Origin: Flavobacteriales bacterium
GTDB lineage: Bacteria; Bacteroidota; Bacteroidia; Flavobacteriales_D; JAHECK01
Reading direction: 5' to 3'
Assembly: GCA_024641785.1 (NCBI GenBank)
Contig: JAHECK010000003.1
Coordinates: 1 to 56,904 of the forward strand
Length of the DNA stretch: 56,904 nt
The translations under genes and the position numbers were made by a program. The notes beneath the pieces are model-generated. The model saw nothing but the letters and a program-made list of their open reading frames with translations. It had not been told where the DNA came from and did no database searches. Below are positions 27,402 through 35,056 of this stretch, in pieces. Numbering within the stretch: the first letter of the stretch is position 1; each line of letters starts with the position of its first letter.

Positions 27402-28646
27402 CTAGTTGACAATCAATTTTTGACTCACTTTACTACTTCCATTTTCTAAAGAAACGATATACATTCCTTTTGAAAGATCAGTAATGTCAATTTGTTGACT
27501 TTGATTCCCTTGACTGGTGAGACGTTCAGCTAATACTTCTTTTCCACTTAGGTCAATAATTCTTACGATAACACTGCTTGATGGAGTATTAAAGTTTAAA
27601 GTTAGATTGCCATTAGTAGATGGATTTGGATAAATTGTAAATCCACTGATATTGCTTATCTCATCAATTCCAACAAAGGTTCCTACTTCTTCTATAGTGA
27701 AATCAATTTCACCTGTAGAACTTCCTATAAAAGCGGTAAATATTATTTTCCAGACAGAAGAATTTTGATCAACTACAAAATAACATCGATCTTCAAGTAT
27801 GTCGTAAGAAAAAGTAGAATTATTAAATGATTTCCAATCCCATCCAATCGTTGAAATAGTGTCGTTCATAGTGTAATCCGTCCAAATTGCATCATCTACA
27901 TTTACACCATCCGATTGTGCGGTCATTAATCCTCTGTTATGCAATGCGCCGGTTACAGCATAATGGACGCCTGGAGAATAAATTCCGTAATATTTAGTGA
28001 AAACGATATCCCAGGTATTTGAATCAGGTTCTCTATCTAGGGTTTCTTCAGTTTGAATAGAATAATACCCGAAGTTTTTACCTGCATAATCCCCTTTGGC
28101 AAAACTTACTTCAGTTTCATTTGCTCCATCAAGATCAGCAAATTTGAATGTAAAAACATTGGAGATCATACTAACGATCCAGATTTTTTTGTAGCTGTTA
28201 TCAGAAAGCTTAATCACATACAATGAGTCACCAACTACGTGATGTGTAATTGAATTGTAGATTCCCCAACCATAGTCGAAAAGGTTATCCGGATCTACAT
28301 TTTGATTAAATGCGCCTTCTTCCCAATAATTATCAGAGTCATAAGATTGTGACCAGGAAGAAAGACCGGTGGTATCTAAAGTTTCCCAATCGGAAATATC
28401 TCCGTTTGGATATAAATACAAAGCAGTACCCATTTGGCCATTAATTCGAATTGAAACTCCAAATGGATCAGCATCTAAAGCGATGTCCCAATTGGTATTG
28501 TCTACGTTTGCAATTTCTTCATTTGCAAAACTATAGTAGGATTGATTTGCATATCCTCCGTCAAGAAATACGAAATCGTCAACTTGTTGAGAAAAAACGT
28601 TTAAGCCCAGGCTTAGAAACAAAGTAAAAAGTATTAATCTTTTCAT
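27402..28646 (-). CDS. HmuY-like secreted protein with T9SS C-terminal sorting domain
   Basis: Has a signal peptide and the HmuY-like motifs NWDIALD, LYVIKLSDNSYKKIWIVSM, TWDIVFTKYY and VWKIIFTAF. The C-terminal tail is IYPNPS...MYIVSL...KLIVN. Confidence 0.55.
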   Translation of the reverse strand: MKRLILFTLFLSLGLNVFSQQVDDFVFLDGGYANQSYYSFANEEIANVDNTNWDIALDADPFGVSIRINGQMGTALYLYPNGDISDWETLDTTGLSSWSQSYDSDNYWEEGAFNQNVDPDNLFDYGWGIYNSITHHVVGDSLYVIKLSDNSYKKIWIVSMISNVFTFKFADLDGANETEVSFAKGDYAGKNFGYYSIQTEETLDREPDSNTWDIVFTKYYGIYSPGVHYAVTGALHNRGLMTAQSDGVNVDDAIWTDYTMNDTISTIGWDWKSFNNSTFSYDILEDRCYFVVDQNSSVWKIIFTAFIGSSTGEIDFTIEEVGTFVGIDEISNISGFTIYPNPSTNGNLTLNFNTPSSSVIVRIIDLSGKEVLAERLTSQGNQSQQIDITDLSKGMYIVSLENGSSKVSQKLIVN

Positions 28647-28812
28647 GATCTTAAAATTAAATTGTAAAGTGTTTTAGTGTAACAAATTCCTCGTTTAAGA
28701 ATTTTTAACAAAAGTAAAAGCTCGTATATGATGAATTGTCATAATAGTGTATGAGCTTGCTTTACAGTAGATGATTTATATCAGAAAAAAAGATGAGAAT
28801 GGTTTTTTAAAG

Positions 28813-29340
28813 TTACTTTTTAGTGACTTTGATACTTGTTTTTTTTACTTTTAATTTCTCTGATTTAGGAGTGGAAGGCTTGTTTTTAATAGCTTTCACC
28901 TTTTTTATTTCAATTTTTTCTTTTTGCTTTTCAAGTTTTGACACCCCGCTTTCACAATATTCTTTTAACATAATAAAATGGCGTGCCCAATGAAAATTAC
29001 AAGTGGCATAAAAACTACTTTGTCGTTTCCATTTTGCATGCTTAAATTGAAGAATGGATCCGCTATTTTCACTTGAAATCGAAAAAGTCAATTTCGTTCC
29101 TCTCCATTCTTTATCTCCTTCTACACATTTCCATACTATTTTTGTATCAGTGACTAATTTTCTGATCTTCATTTTCGTACTGGGATAACCTTCGAAAGTA
29201 AAGGTATTTATATATCCTACTTCCGCTTTAGCTTCACAGTCCTTTATCCACCAACTTGAGAGTCCTTTCTGACTTGTGATCGCTTCATATATTACTTTAG
29301 GGTCAGCATTAATAATGAGTTGATGAAAAATAGTTGCCAT
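28813..29340 (-). CDS. SRPBCC / AHSA1-like (Activator of Hsp90 ATPase homolog 1-like) protein with Lys-rich C-terminal tail
   Basis: The N-terminus MATIFHQLIINADPKVIYEAITSQKGLSSWW is typical of AHSA1/SRPBCC proteins often linked to ArsR regulators. The last ~45 aa are about 40% Lys. Confidence 0.65.
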   Translation of the reverse strand: MATIFHQLIINADPKVIYEAITSQKGLSSWWIKDCEAKAEVGYINTFTFEGYPSTKMKIRKLVTDTKIVWKCVEGDKEWRGTKLTFSISSENSGSILQFKHAKWKRQSSFYATCNFHWARHFIMLKEYCESGVSKLEKQKEKIEIKKVKAIKNKPSTPKSEKLKVKKTSIKVTKK

Positions 29341-29407
29341 TTTTTTTAAATTAAAAATCTACCGCAAAAGATACGGTAGATTTTTGATAAATTGATAGAA
29401 ATCATTT

Positions 29408-29884
29408 TTAACAGCAACTTTCTTTTTGCGTTTTTTCGGACTTTGAATGATCACTCGAACAACAAGTCGATTCAGCTTCCATTTCATAATGTGGATCATT
29501 GAACTTAACATCCTTATGGAAATAGTAAACTTCCCAAGCAATTCCATTTGGATCGTGCACCCAGAATTTATCTTGAACTGCATAGCAACACGAAACACCC
29601 ATTTCTTCTGATGAAACGAGTTTTGATTCTTTCGCTAAGGCTAATTTTTTATTGAGTTCCTCGAGTGTATCAACCTGAAATCCTAAATGGCCAAAATAGG
29701 CTTGTACTTTTGAAGGATTTTCAATAAATGAAATGATCAAAGCCGGTTCATCTAGAATGTATTTCGTGTATTTATTTTCTACTTTATCGGGTTTTTGCCC
29801 GAAAAAAGCTGAATAGAATTTAATTGTATCTTCAAGATTCTTCACATAAAGTGAAACATGCATTTTTGGAAAATTTGTCTTCAT
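29408..29884 (-). CDS. ArsI/CadI-family VOC (glyoxalase-fold) metal/organoarsenical resistance enzyme
   Basis: Carries MHVSLYVKNLEDTIKFYSAFFG (VOC N-terminus) and a vicinal Cys pair in VSCCYAVQDKFWVHDPNGIAWEVY, as in ArsI/CadI. The tail is Cys-rich (STCC...ESCC). The start is moved to the ATG at 29884 (MKTNFPK..). Confidence 0.7.
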   Translation of the reverse strand: MKTNFPKMHVSLYVKNLEDTIKFYSAFFGQKPDKVENKYTKYILDEPALIISFIENPSKVQAYFGHLGFQVDTLEELNKKLALAKESKLVSSEEMGVSCCYAVQDKFWVHDPNGIAWEVYYFHKDVKFNDPHYEMEAESTCCSSDHSKSEKTQKESCC

Positions 29885-29893
29885 CGTTTTTGA

Positions 29894-29917
29894 TTTATTA
29901 CATTGCAATATTGCGAT
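29894..29917. promoter_or_regulatory. Candidate ArsR operator upstream of the arsI-like gene
   Basis: tttattacattgcaatattgcgat contains the overlapping palindromes ATTGCAAT and GCAATATTGC. A near-identical copy lies upstream of arsR at 30276-30299. Confidence 0.5.
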
Positions 29918-29935
29918 ATATAAGTTTAAAAAATT

Positions 29936-30268
29936 TTAACAACAAGAATCGGCGTCGCAAGAAAACTGAGTAAACAAGTTTTCAAACAAAGACTTTATGC
30001 TTTGCCAACGCTGACCATTTATACAATAATTTACAGAAACCCCTTCGATATTCCCAATAATAATCCCTAGGTCTTTGAGTTCTCTTAAGTGCTGACTGAT
30101 CGTTGCTTGTGCCAATCCGGTTTCTTTAACAAGGTCGCTATTAATACAAGTATTGCTTTTTAAGAGATGCATTAAAATCGCAATTCTAGCAGGATGCCCT
30201 AAGGCTTTGGCTAATGAAGCGATCTCATTTTGCTCTTTTGTAAAAAGACTTGTTTTAGTAACTCCCAT
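29936..30268 (-). CDS. arsR: ArsR/SmtB-family metalloregulatory transcriptional repressor
   Basis: 110-aa product with the HTH region LAKALGHPARIAILMHLL....C..DL......AQATISQHLRELKD.G. The C-terminus is Cys-rich (CDADSCC). Confidence 0.88.
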   Translation of the reverse strand: MGVTKTSLFTKEQNEIASLAKALGHPARIAILMHLLKSNTCINSDLVKETGLAQATISQHLRELKDLGIIIGNIEGVSVNYCINGQRWQSIKSLFENLFTQFSCDADSCC

Positions 30269-30275
30269 TTATTAT

Positions 30276-30299
30276 TTTATTACATTGCAATATTACGAT
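30276..30299. promoter_or_regulatory. Candidate ArsR operator upstream of arsR (autoregulation)
   Basis: tttattacattgcaatattacgat begins 8 nt upstream of the arsR start. It matches 29894-29917 at 23 of 24 positions. Confidence 0.5.
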
Positions 30300-30446
30300 G
30301 AAATAAATTAGTGGCAAAATTATTTTGAAAAAAATCTCACATGCCATCTATACAAATTGGAAAAGGGAAATCCAAAATCAACCTAGCAGAATAGTAGGAG
30401 GGATTTATTAAAGTGTTCTTCACTTTTTTAGTAAAAGTGAACATGT

Positions 30447-30508
30447 CATGTCCCCCTGAGCTTGTCGAAGGGCGTTATACTACCCTTCGACAAGCTCAGG
30501 GAGACATG
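30447..30508. repeat. Inverted pair of REP-like elements forming a 26-bp-arm palindrome
   Basis: The arms are catgtccccctgagcttgtcgaaggg (30447-30472) and cccttcgacaagctcagggagacatg (30483-30508). They are separated by a 10-nt spacer and have a single mismatch. Confidence 0.8.
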
Positions 30509-30541
30509 AATATCTAACTTTTAAAATCAAGATTATTCATT

Positions 30542-30640
30542 CACTCACCCACTTATACACTCACCCACTTATACACTCATACACTCACACACTCATACAC
30601 TCACACACTCATACACTCACACACTCATCCACTTAAACAC
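30542..30640. repeat. ~6 tandem copies of a CA/TC-rich 16-nt unit
   Basis: The units are cactcacccacttata x2, cactcatacactcaca x3 and cactcatccacttaaa x1. The array ends exactly at the stop codon (30641-30643) of the minus-strand ORF. Confidence 0.9.
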
Positions 30641-32395
30641 TTATTTCAAATCTACCACGATCAGCGGACCATGATTGTTTCCAATAAAATAGGATTCGCT
30701 ATTCCCTCTTTTAATAGAAAGGATTTTCCGAGAATTAAATGGCATATAAAAGCCACTTTCGGTCGGCATTAGGTAGCTAAATGAATCGTTTTCTCCCTGT
30801 ATTAATACCAAACCTGTTCCGGCATCTTCCCTAACGGTTTCCACCTCTGTTTGATAGCGATTTCCAACCCCAATCAAATCGAGTTTCCCATCCTTATTCA
30901 AATCCTTTACTTCCCAATCCATAATTGGTGAAATCTGAGCTGCATGAGTTAAGGGCTTAAAAGTAAAACTGCCGTTCTTTTGCTGGTAGAAAATCCCATG
31001 TCGGAATTCATTCGCTTCTGCATAATAAGATGCTGCTAATGCTTCGGGAGTATATATTTCCTCGGCACTGGCATTTGCAAACTGTTCGTAGCTTGAAAAT
31101 CGCTCTTCCAGTAAAGGCAATTGTTCTGTACTACATTCTTTACCCCGAACAGGGACTATCTTATCTCCGTCATGTTTAACCAATACTACATCCTGTGTTC
31201 CGGACGAATCAAAATCATATAAATAAACCGCTAATGGTTTTTCTTTTGAAGCTCTGAATTTATTATTCATCCCTTCATTTCCTGCAACAATATCGAGTAG
31301 TCCGTCATTATTCATATCGGCGATTTCAAGACTATTAAACCAACCCTTTATATCATTGGAAATCATAATTGGCTTATCAAATTGCTTTTGTTTATTCCCA
31401 TAATAAGCCCATACACCTGTCCAATGCCCAGTACATATTAGATCTTTAAATCCATCCTTATTAAGATCTTCAAATTTCAGATCCTGGATCATTCCAAGTT
31501 GATTAATTCCATCGAATACTGTATTGGCATCTATTTCACTTAAATCTTTTCCATCGCCGATCCATAAAGTAAAAGGCGCTGGTAAGGGATAGTGATTTGG
31601 ATTGATCCTGCCGGCTACTAAAATATCCTTTCGACCATCTGAATTAAAGTCATCGCTAATGCTTGTACCTCCATTTACAAATGACACGTTTTTCAATTCT
31701 CCTTTATTAAAATTTCCAACTCCATCCGAAATATAAATTCGATCGGCATTTTCTGCATTTCCCGCTTCATGTGTGCCACCGCCGGAACTCACAAATAGAT
31801 CTTTAAATGTATCTCCATTTACATCTAAAAACACGCATCCTTCATCTTCATAATCTTTATCTTTCAAAAAAGTGGGAAGTGTATATGAATTATAGCTTCC
31901 ATAAATATCCTGAATTAAAAATGACCCCGTGTTTCCTGCCGAGCCGCTGACATAAATTTCGTCTAAACCATTTTGCAGAATATCTGCTTTACACATAAAA
32001 GGACCAGATACACTCACCATATGAGGCAATAAACGCTGAAATTCATAATCATTATTGTTGTTTTCACTGTATCCAATCTTTAATCCTGCATTATTTTCTG
32101 CAGGTTTGAAAAATCGCACATTCGCATATTGAAAAGCGAAATTGGTCTGTTCACTATTTTTCCCCGCTATTATATTTCCTGAATTCACTTTTACTTTTTG
32201 AAAGTTATTGTATGCATCTTGATAGATCAACTCATTAGGCATATTTCCATTTTGGTCAGGGTAGAAAAACAAAGATGATTCCATCGAACTGGCATAACCA
32301 TGAACGGTTTGGTATTCACTCATCAAAGTATCGCTGTTATACAAAGCATAAAAACGTGTATTTAGCCAGGTTGCATTGGCGGCCGGAATACTCAC
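30641..32395 (-). CDS. C-terminal portion of an FG-GAP/VCBS-repeat (CRTAC1-like) protein; probably the downstream half of a frameshifted gene
   Basis: 584-aa ORF with FG-GAP/VCBS repeats (DVNGDTFKDLFVS, DFNSDGRKDILV, DLNKDGFKDLI, DMNNDGLLDIV, DLNKDGKLDLI). It has no signal peptide and a GTG start 2 nt after the stop of the preceding ORF, in another frame. Confidence 0.6.
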   Translation of the reverse strand: MSIPAANATWLNTRFYALYNSDTLMSEYQTVHGYASSMESSLFFYPDQNGNMPNELIYQDAYNNFQKVKVNSGNIIAGKNSEQTNFAFQYANVRFFKPAENNAGLKIGYSENNNNDYEFQRLLPHMVSVSGPFMCKADILQNGLDEIYVSGSAGNTGSFLIQDIYGSYNSYTLPTFLKDKDYEDEGCVFLDVNGDTFKDLFVSSGGGTHEAGNAENADRIYISDGVGNFNKGELKNVSFVNGGTSISDDFNSDGRKDILVAGRINPNHYPLPAPFTLWIGDGKDLSEIDANTVFDGINQLGMIQDLKFEDLNKDGFKDLICTGHWTGVWAYYGNKQKQFDKPIMISNDIKGWFNSLEIADMNNDGLLDIVAGNEGMNNKFRASKEKPLAVYLYDFDSSGTQDVVLVKHDGDKIVPVRGKECSTEQLPLLEERFSSYEQFANASAEEIYTPEALAASYYAEANEFRHGIFYQQKNGSFTFKPLTHAAQISPIMDWEVKDLNKDGKLDLIGVGNRYQTEVETVREDAGTGLVLIQGENDSFSYLMPTESGFYMPFNSRKILSIKRGNSESYFIGNNHGPLIVVDLK

Positions 32396-32397
32396 TT

Positions 32398-33861
32398 TCA
32401 GGTAAGTTTCACCGATTCTTTATCTACATTATTGAGTACCAGATCAAGATCACCATCATTATCTAAATCACCATATGCAACGCCATGACTATGCATTTTT
32501 TGGTAAATCCCCCACTTATCCCCACTATTTTCAAACTCAAATAATCCTTTGTTTTCAAAAACTAAATTGGCTAATACTGTTTGAGGAATTTTATCCAGAT
32601 ATTCATTGATATCCTGAGCTTTGCCTTCTTTTTGCATTTCGCTAAACATACTTGGCAAATCATTATAGCGTGTATCCCGCTTATATCCATTCGAAATAAA
32701 AATATCACGATTATTATCTCCATTCAAATCGACCATCAACATAGCCCAACTCCAATCCGATTGATGTACCCCGCTTAATTGAGCTACTTCACTAAAGGTT
32801 CCGAGGCCGGTATTTACTTGCAAAACATTCGACATGTATTGATAATTCCAACCCAGTTTTACACGTGCATCAAATTTTTCGGGTTGCATGCTAGGCATAT
32901 TCGTTTTCGATCGGTAATGCGAAGAAAAGGACATGTCGGCTGAGGCGATATCGATATAACCATCATTATTTATATCTGCAGCGTCGCACCCCATGCTATA
33001 ATTACTAGTATGCTTAAAAGCGGCTTGTGCTACATTACTAAAAGTCCCGTTCCGATTGTTTAGAAGTAAAAGGTCGGGTTCGTCAAAATCGTTGCCAACG
33101 AAAATATCCGGCCAGGTGTCGTTATTGATATCACAAATGGCAATTCCCAATGAATAACCATATTCCGAAATTCCGGCTTCTGCAGTTACATTTACAAATA
33201 CCCCATTATCATTTCGCAATAATTGGTCAGATTCAACCTTACCTTCCTTCACTTTTACAAGAAAAGTTTGAAGATCATCCTTATTTTTAAAATTTGCCGG
33301 ATGGGTGATCATATAGGCATCCAGATCGCCATCTCGATCATAATCTAAAAAAGCGGTTTGAGTAGAAGGAGCACTTATGTCCAACTTATATTTTGCCGCT
33401 TCTTCTTTAAATTTCATTCCCCCCAAATTTATGTACAAAGCATTTTTTCGGTAAAGGGGAAGAGGTCCCGAACGAGAAACATAAATATCAGGAAGTCCAT
33501 CATTATTTAGATCAACGATACTTACACCGACACTCCATCCTTTGTTTGAAATACCGGCATCTTTACTGATATCAACAAAGCGTAAATTCCCGATATTTTT
33601 GTAGAGTTTATCTTCAACTTGATTGCCCGCAAAAAAGAGATCTTGCAAGCCATCACCATCAAAATCAGCAATACCTACACCGGCTCCATTGTAGAAATAA
33701 TCGTAATCCAATACAGATTCATTATTATCTTCCTTTAAACTATTGATGAAAGTAATGCCACTTTCGCTTGAAGAAAGAAGTTCGAAGCCCATTTTCTTTT
33801 CCTGAGAGAATAAAAATATCGGACTTAGAATGAGGAGGGTAAAAACAATAAATCGATTCAT
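32398..33861 (-). CDS. N-terminal portion of an FG-GAP/VCBS-repeat (CRTAC1-like) secreted protein
   Basis: 487-aa ORF with a signal peptide and FG-GAP repeats (DFDGDGLQDLFF, DLNNDGLPDIYV, DYDRDGDLDAY, DINNDTWPDIFV, DINNDGYIDI, DLNGDNNRDIF, DLDNDGDLDLVL). It ends abruptly inside a repeat. Confidence 0.65.
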   Translation of the reverse strand: MNRFIVFTLLILSPIFLFSQEKKMGFELLSSSESGITFINSLKEDNNESVLDYDYFYNGAGVGIADFDGDGLQDLFFAGNQVEDKLYKNIGNLRFVDISKDAGISNKGWSVGVSIVDLNNDGLPDIYVSRSGPLPLYRKNALYINLGGMKFKEEAAKYKLDISAPSTQTAFLDYDRDGDLDAYMITHPANFKNKDDLQTFLVKVKEGKVESDQLLRNDNGVFVNVTAEAGISEYGYSLGIAICDINNDTWPDIFVGNDFDEPDLLLLNNRNGTFSNVAQAAFKHTSNYSMGCDAADINNDGYIDIASADMSFSSHYRSKTNMPSMQPEKFDARVKLGWNYQYMSNVLQVNTGLGTFSEVAQLSGVHQSDWSWAMLMVDLNGDNNRDIFISNGYKRDTRYNDLPSMFSEMQKEGKAQDINEYLDKIPQTVLANLVFENKGLFEFENSGDKWGIYQKMHSHGVAYGDLDNDGDLDLVLNNVDKESVKLT

Positions 33862-33896
33862 TTTACAAGATTAAGCAATATAAATATCAGTTAATT

Positions 33897-34889
33897 TCAA
33901 TTTTCTACTTTAATTAATCGCAAAGTTTGCATCCCTGTTTTATGAGTCACATCAATAAAATAGACGCCCTTTTGAAGTGAATTTAAATCAAGTATAAATT
34001 CATTTCCATTAGCTGAAGATTCAGAAAAAACGAGCTTCCCACTGGCATCATTAATATTGATCTTTACATTTTGTAAAAGATATTCAGATTGAATCTTTAT
34101 GATCGAATTAAAGGGGTTTGGATAGATCTTTAATGAATTATAAGTACTTAGATCCTGTACATTATTTGCTGAAAGCGCTGTAATCGAAACATCATCAATA
34201 AAATAGTATGCGCCATAACAACCAACGCAAGTCCCGCCTCCTTCATTCAATTGAGTAGAAGTATTTTGATCATCATTAAAATTTCCAATAGTGATATAAT
34301 TAAAATTATTACTCGCAACAATTGTATCGGCAATAAGAACCCAGGTTTCAGTATCATCGATAAAAGTGCTAAACTGAACTTGAGGTTCAAAATCAAGTGG
34401 ACCATCATTGGAAGCACTAACTGGATTCACTGACAAATAAGCCCCCACATTGTCCACCGAAACTTCAGTAAAATCAGCCAGTGAAACATAAAATTCAACA
34501 ATATATTCGTTTCCTTCGATCATAGCGCTACTCAGTTCAACTTGTAGGTATTCTCTTTGATTTAAACCCGGGATCGTGTATGCAAAAAACCCCAGAAAGG
34601 AAACCCCGCTATGAGGTAACTGGCTTCCTTTTATTCCTATTGGACCATCATAGGTTGAGTTATCTTGAAAATTCCAGCAGCTGGAATCTATTGTAGTTAA
34701 AAAAATATCCGGGGTTCCCAGGTTGGCTACTTGCCAAAACAAGACATCGTTATCAAAATCTATTGCGGATGTCGTTAGTCCACAAGGTTCGTTATTAAGT
34801 TCTTCAAAACTACCATTTTGGATAAGTTCCTGAGAAAAACTTTTCACCGAAAAAAACAGAAAAGTAGCGGATAGAATAATTCTAAACAT
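33897..34889 (-). CDS. Secreted protein with T9SS C-terminal sorting domain
   Basis: Has a signal peptide and an N-terminal ..LIQNGSFEE.. beta-sandwich-like domain. The C-terminal tail is LKIYPNPFN....GVYFIDV...LRLIKVEN. Confidence 0.75.
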   Translation of the reverse strand: MFRIILSATFLFFSVKSFSQELIQNGSFEELNNEPCGLTTSAIDFDNDVLFWQVANLGTPDIFLTTIDSSCWNFQDNSTYDGPIGIKGSQLPHSGVSFLGFFAYTIPGLNQREYLQVELSSAMIEGNEYIVEFYVSLADFTEVSVDNVGAYLSVNPVSASNDGPLDFEPQVQFSTFIDDTETWVLIADTIVASNNFNYITIGNFNDDQNTSTQLNEGGGTCVGCYGAYYFIDDVSITALSANNVQDLSTYNSLKIYPNPFNSIIKIQSEYLLQNVKININDASGKLVFSESSANGNEFILDLNSLQKGVYFIDVTHKTGMQTLRLIKVEN

Positions 34890-35029
34890 AGCTTCAAGAT
34901 TCGTTTTATAAAGATAAAATCAAAACGGGAATAAAAAAGGGATATAAAAAGTCAAGTGTTTAAAGTTTGATTTATTTTCATCTAAAGCTCTAATTATAAA
35001 CATTTCCTTTACATACTTAGCTACATTTT

Positions 35030-35037
35030 TAAATTTG
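35030..35037 (+). promoter_or_regulatory. Candidate -7 box (TAnnTTTG) for the LysM/SGNH/MBOAT cluster
   Basis: The sequence taaatttg lies 20 nt upstream of the ATG at 35057. Confidence 0.4.
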
Positions 35038-35056
35038 CTGATTATTAAATAAAACA

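Noticed and set aside
29359-29598. 79-aa ORF overlapping the arsI-like gene in another frame
   Set aside because: It lies largely inside a well-supported CDS on the same strand in a different frame (only its last ~49 nt, 29359-29407, extend past the arsI stop). The product is low-complexity with no recognisable features.
29885-29908. TTG-initiated extension (MQCNKSKT) of the arsI/cadI-like gene
   Set aside because: The TTG lies inside the candidate ArsR operator palindrome. Family members start close to the M..HV.L.V motif, and the ATG at 29884 fits.
30542-30640. Possible CRISPR array
   Set aside because: The units are directly abutting 16-nt repeats with no unique spacers. The repeat length is far below the CRISPR range, and there are no cas genes in the window.
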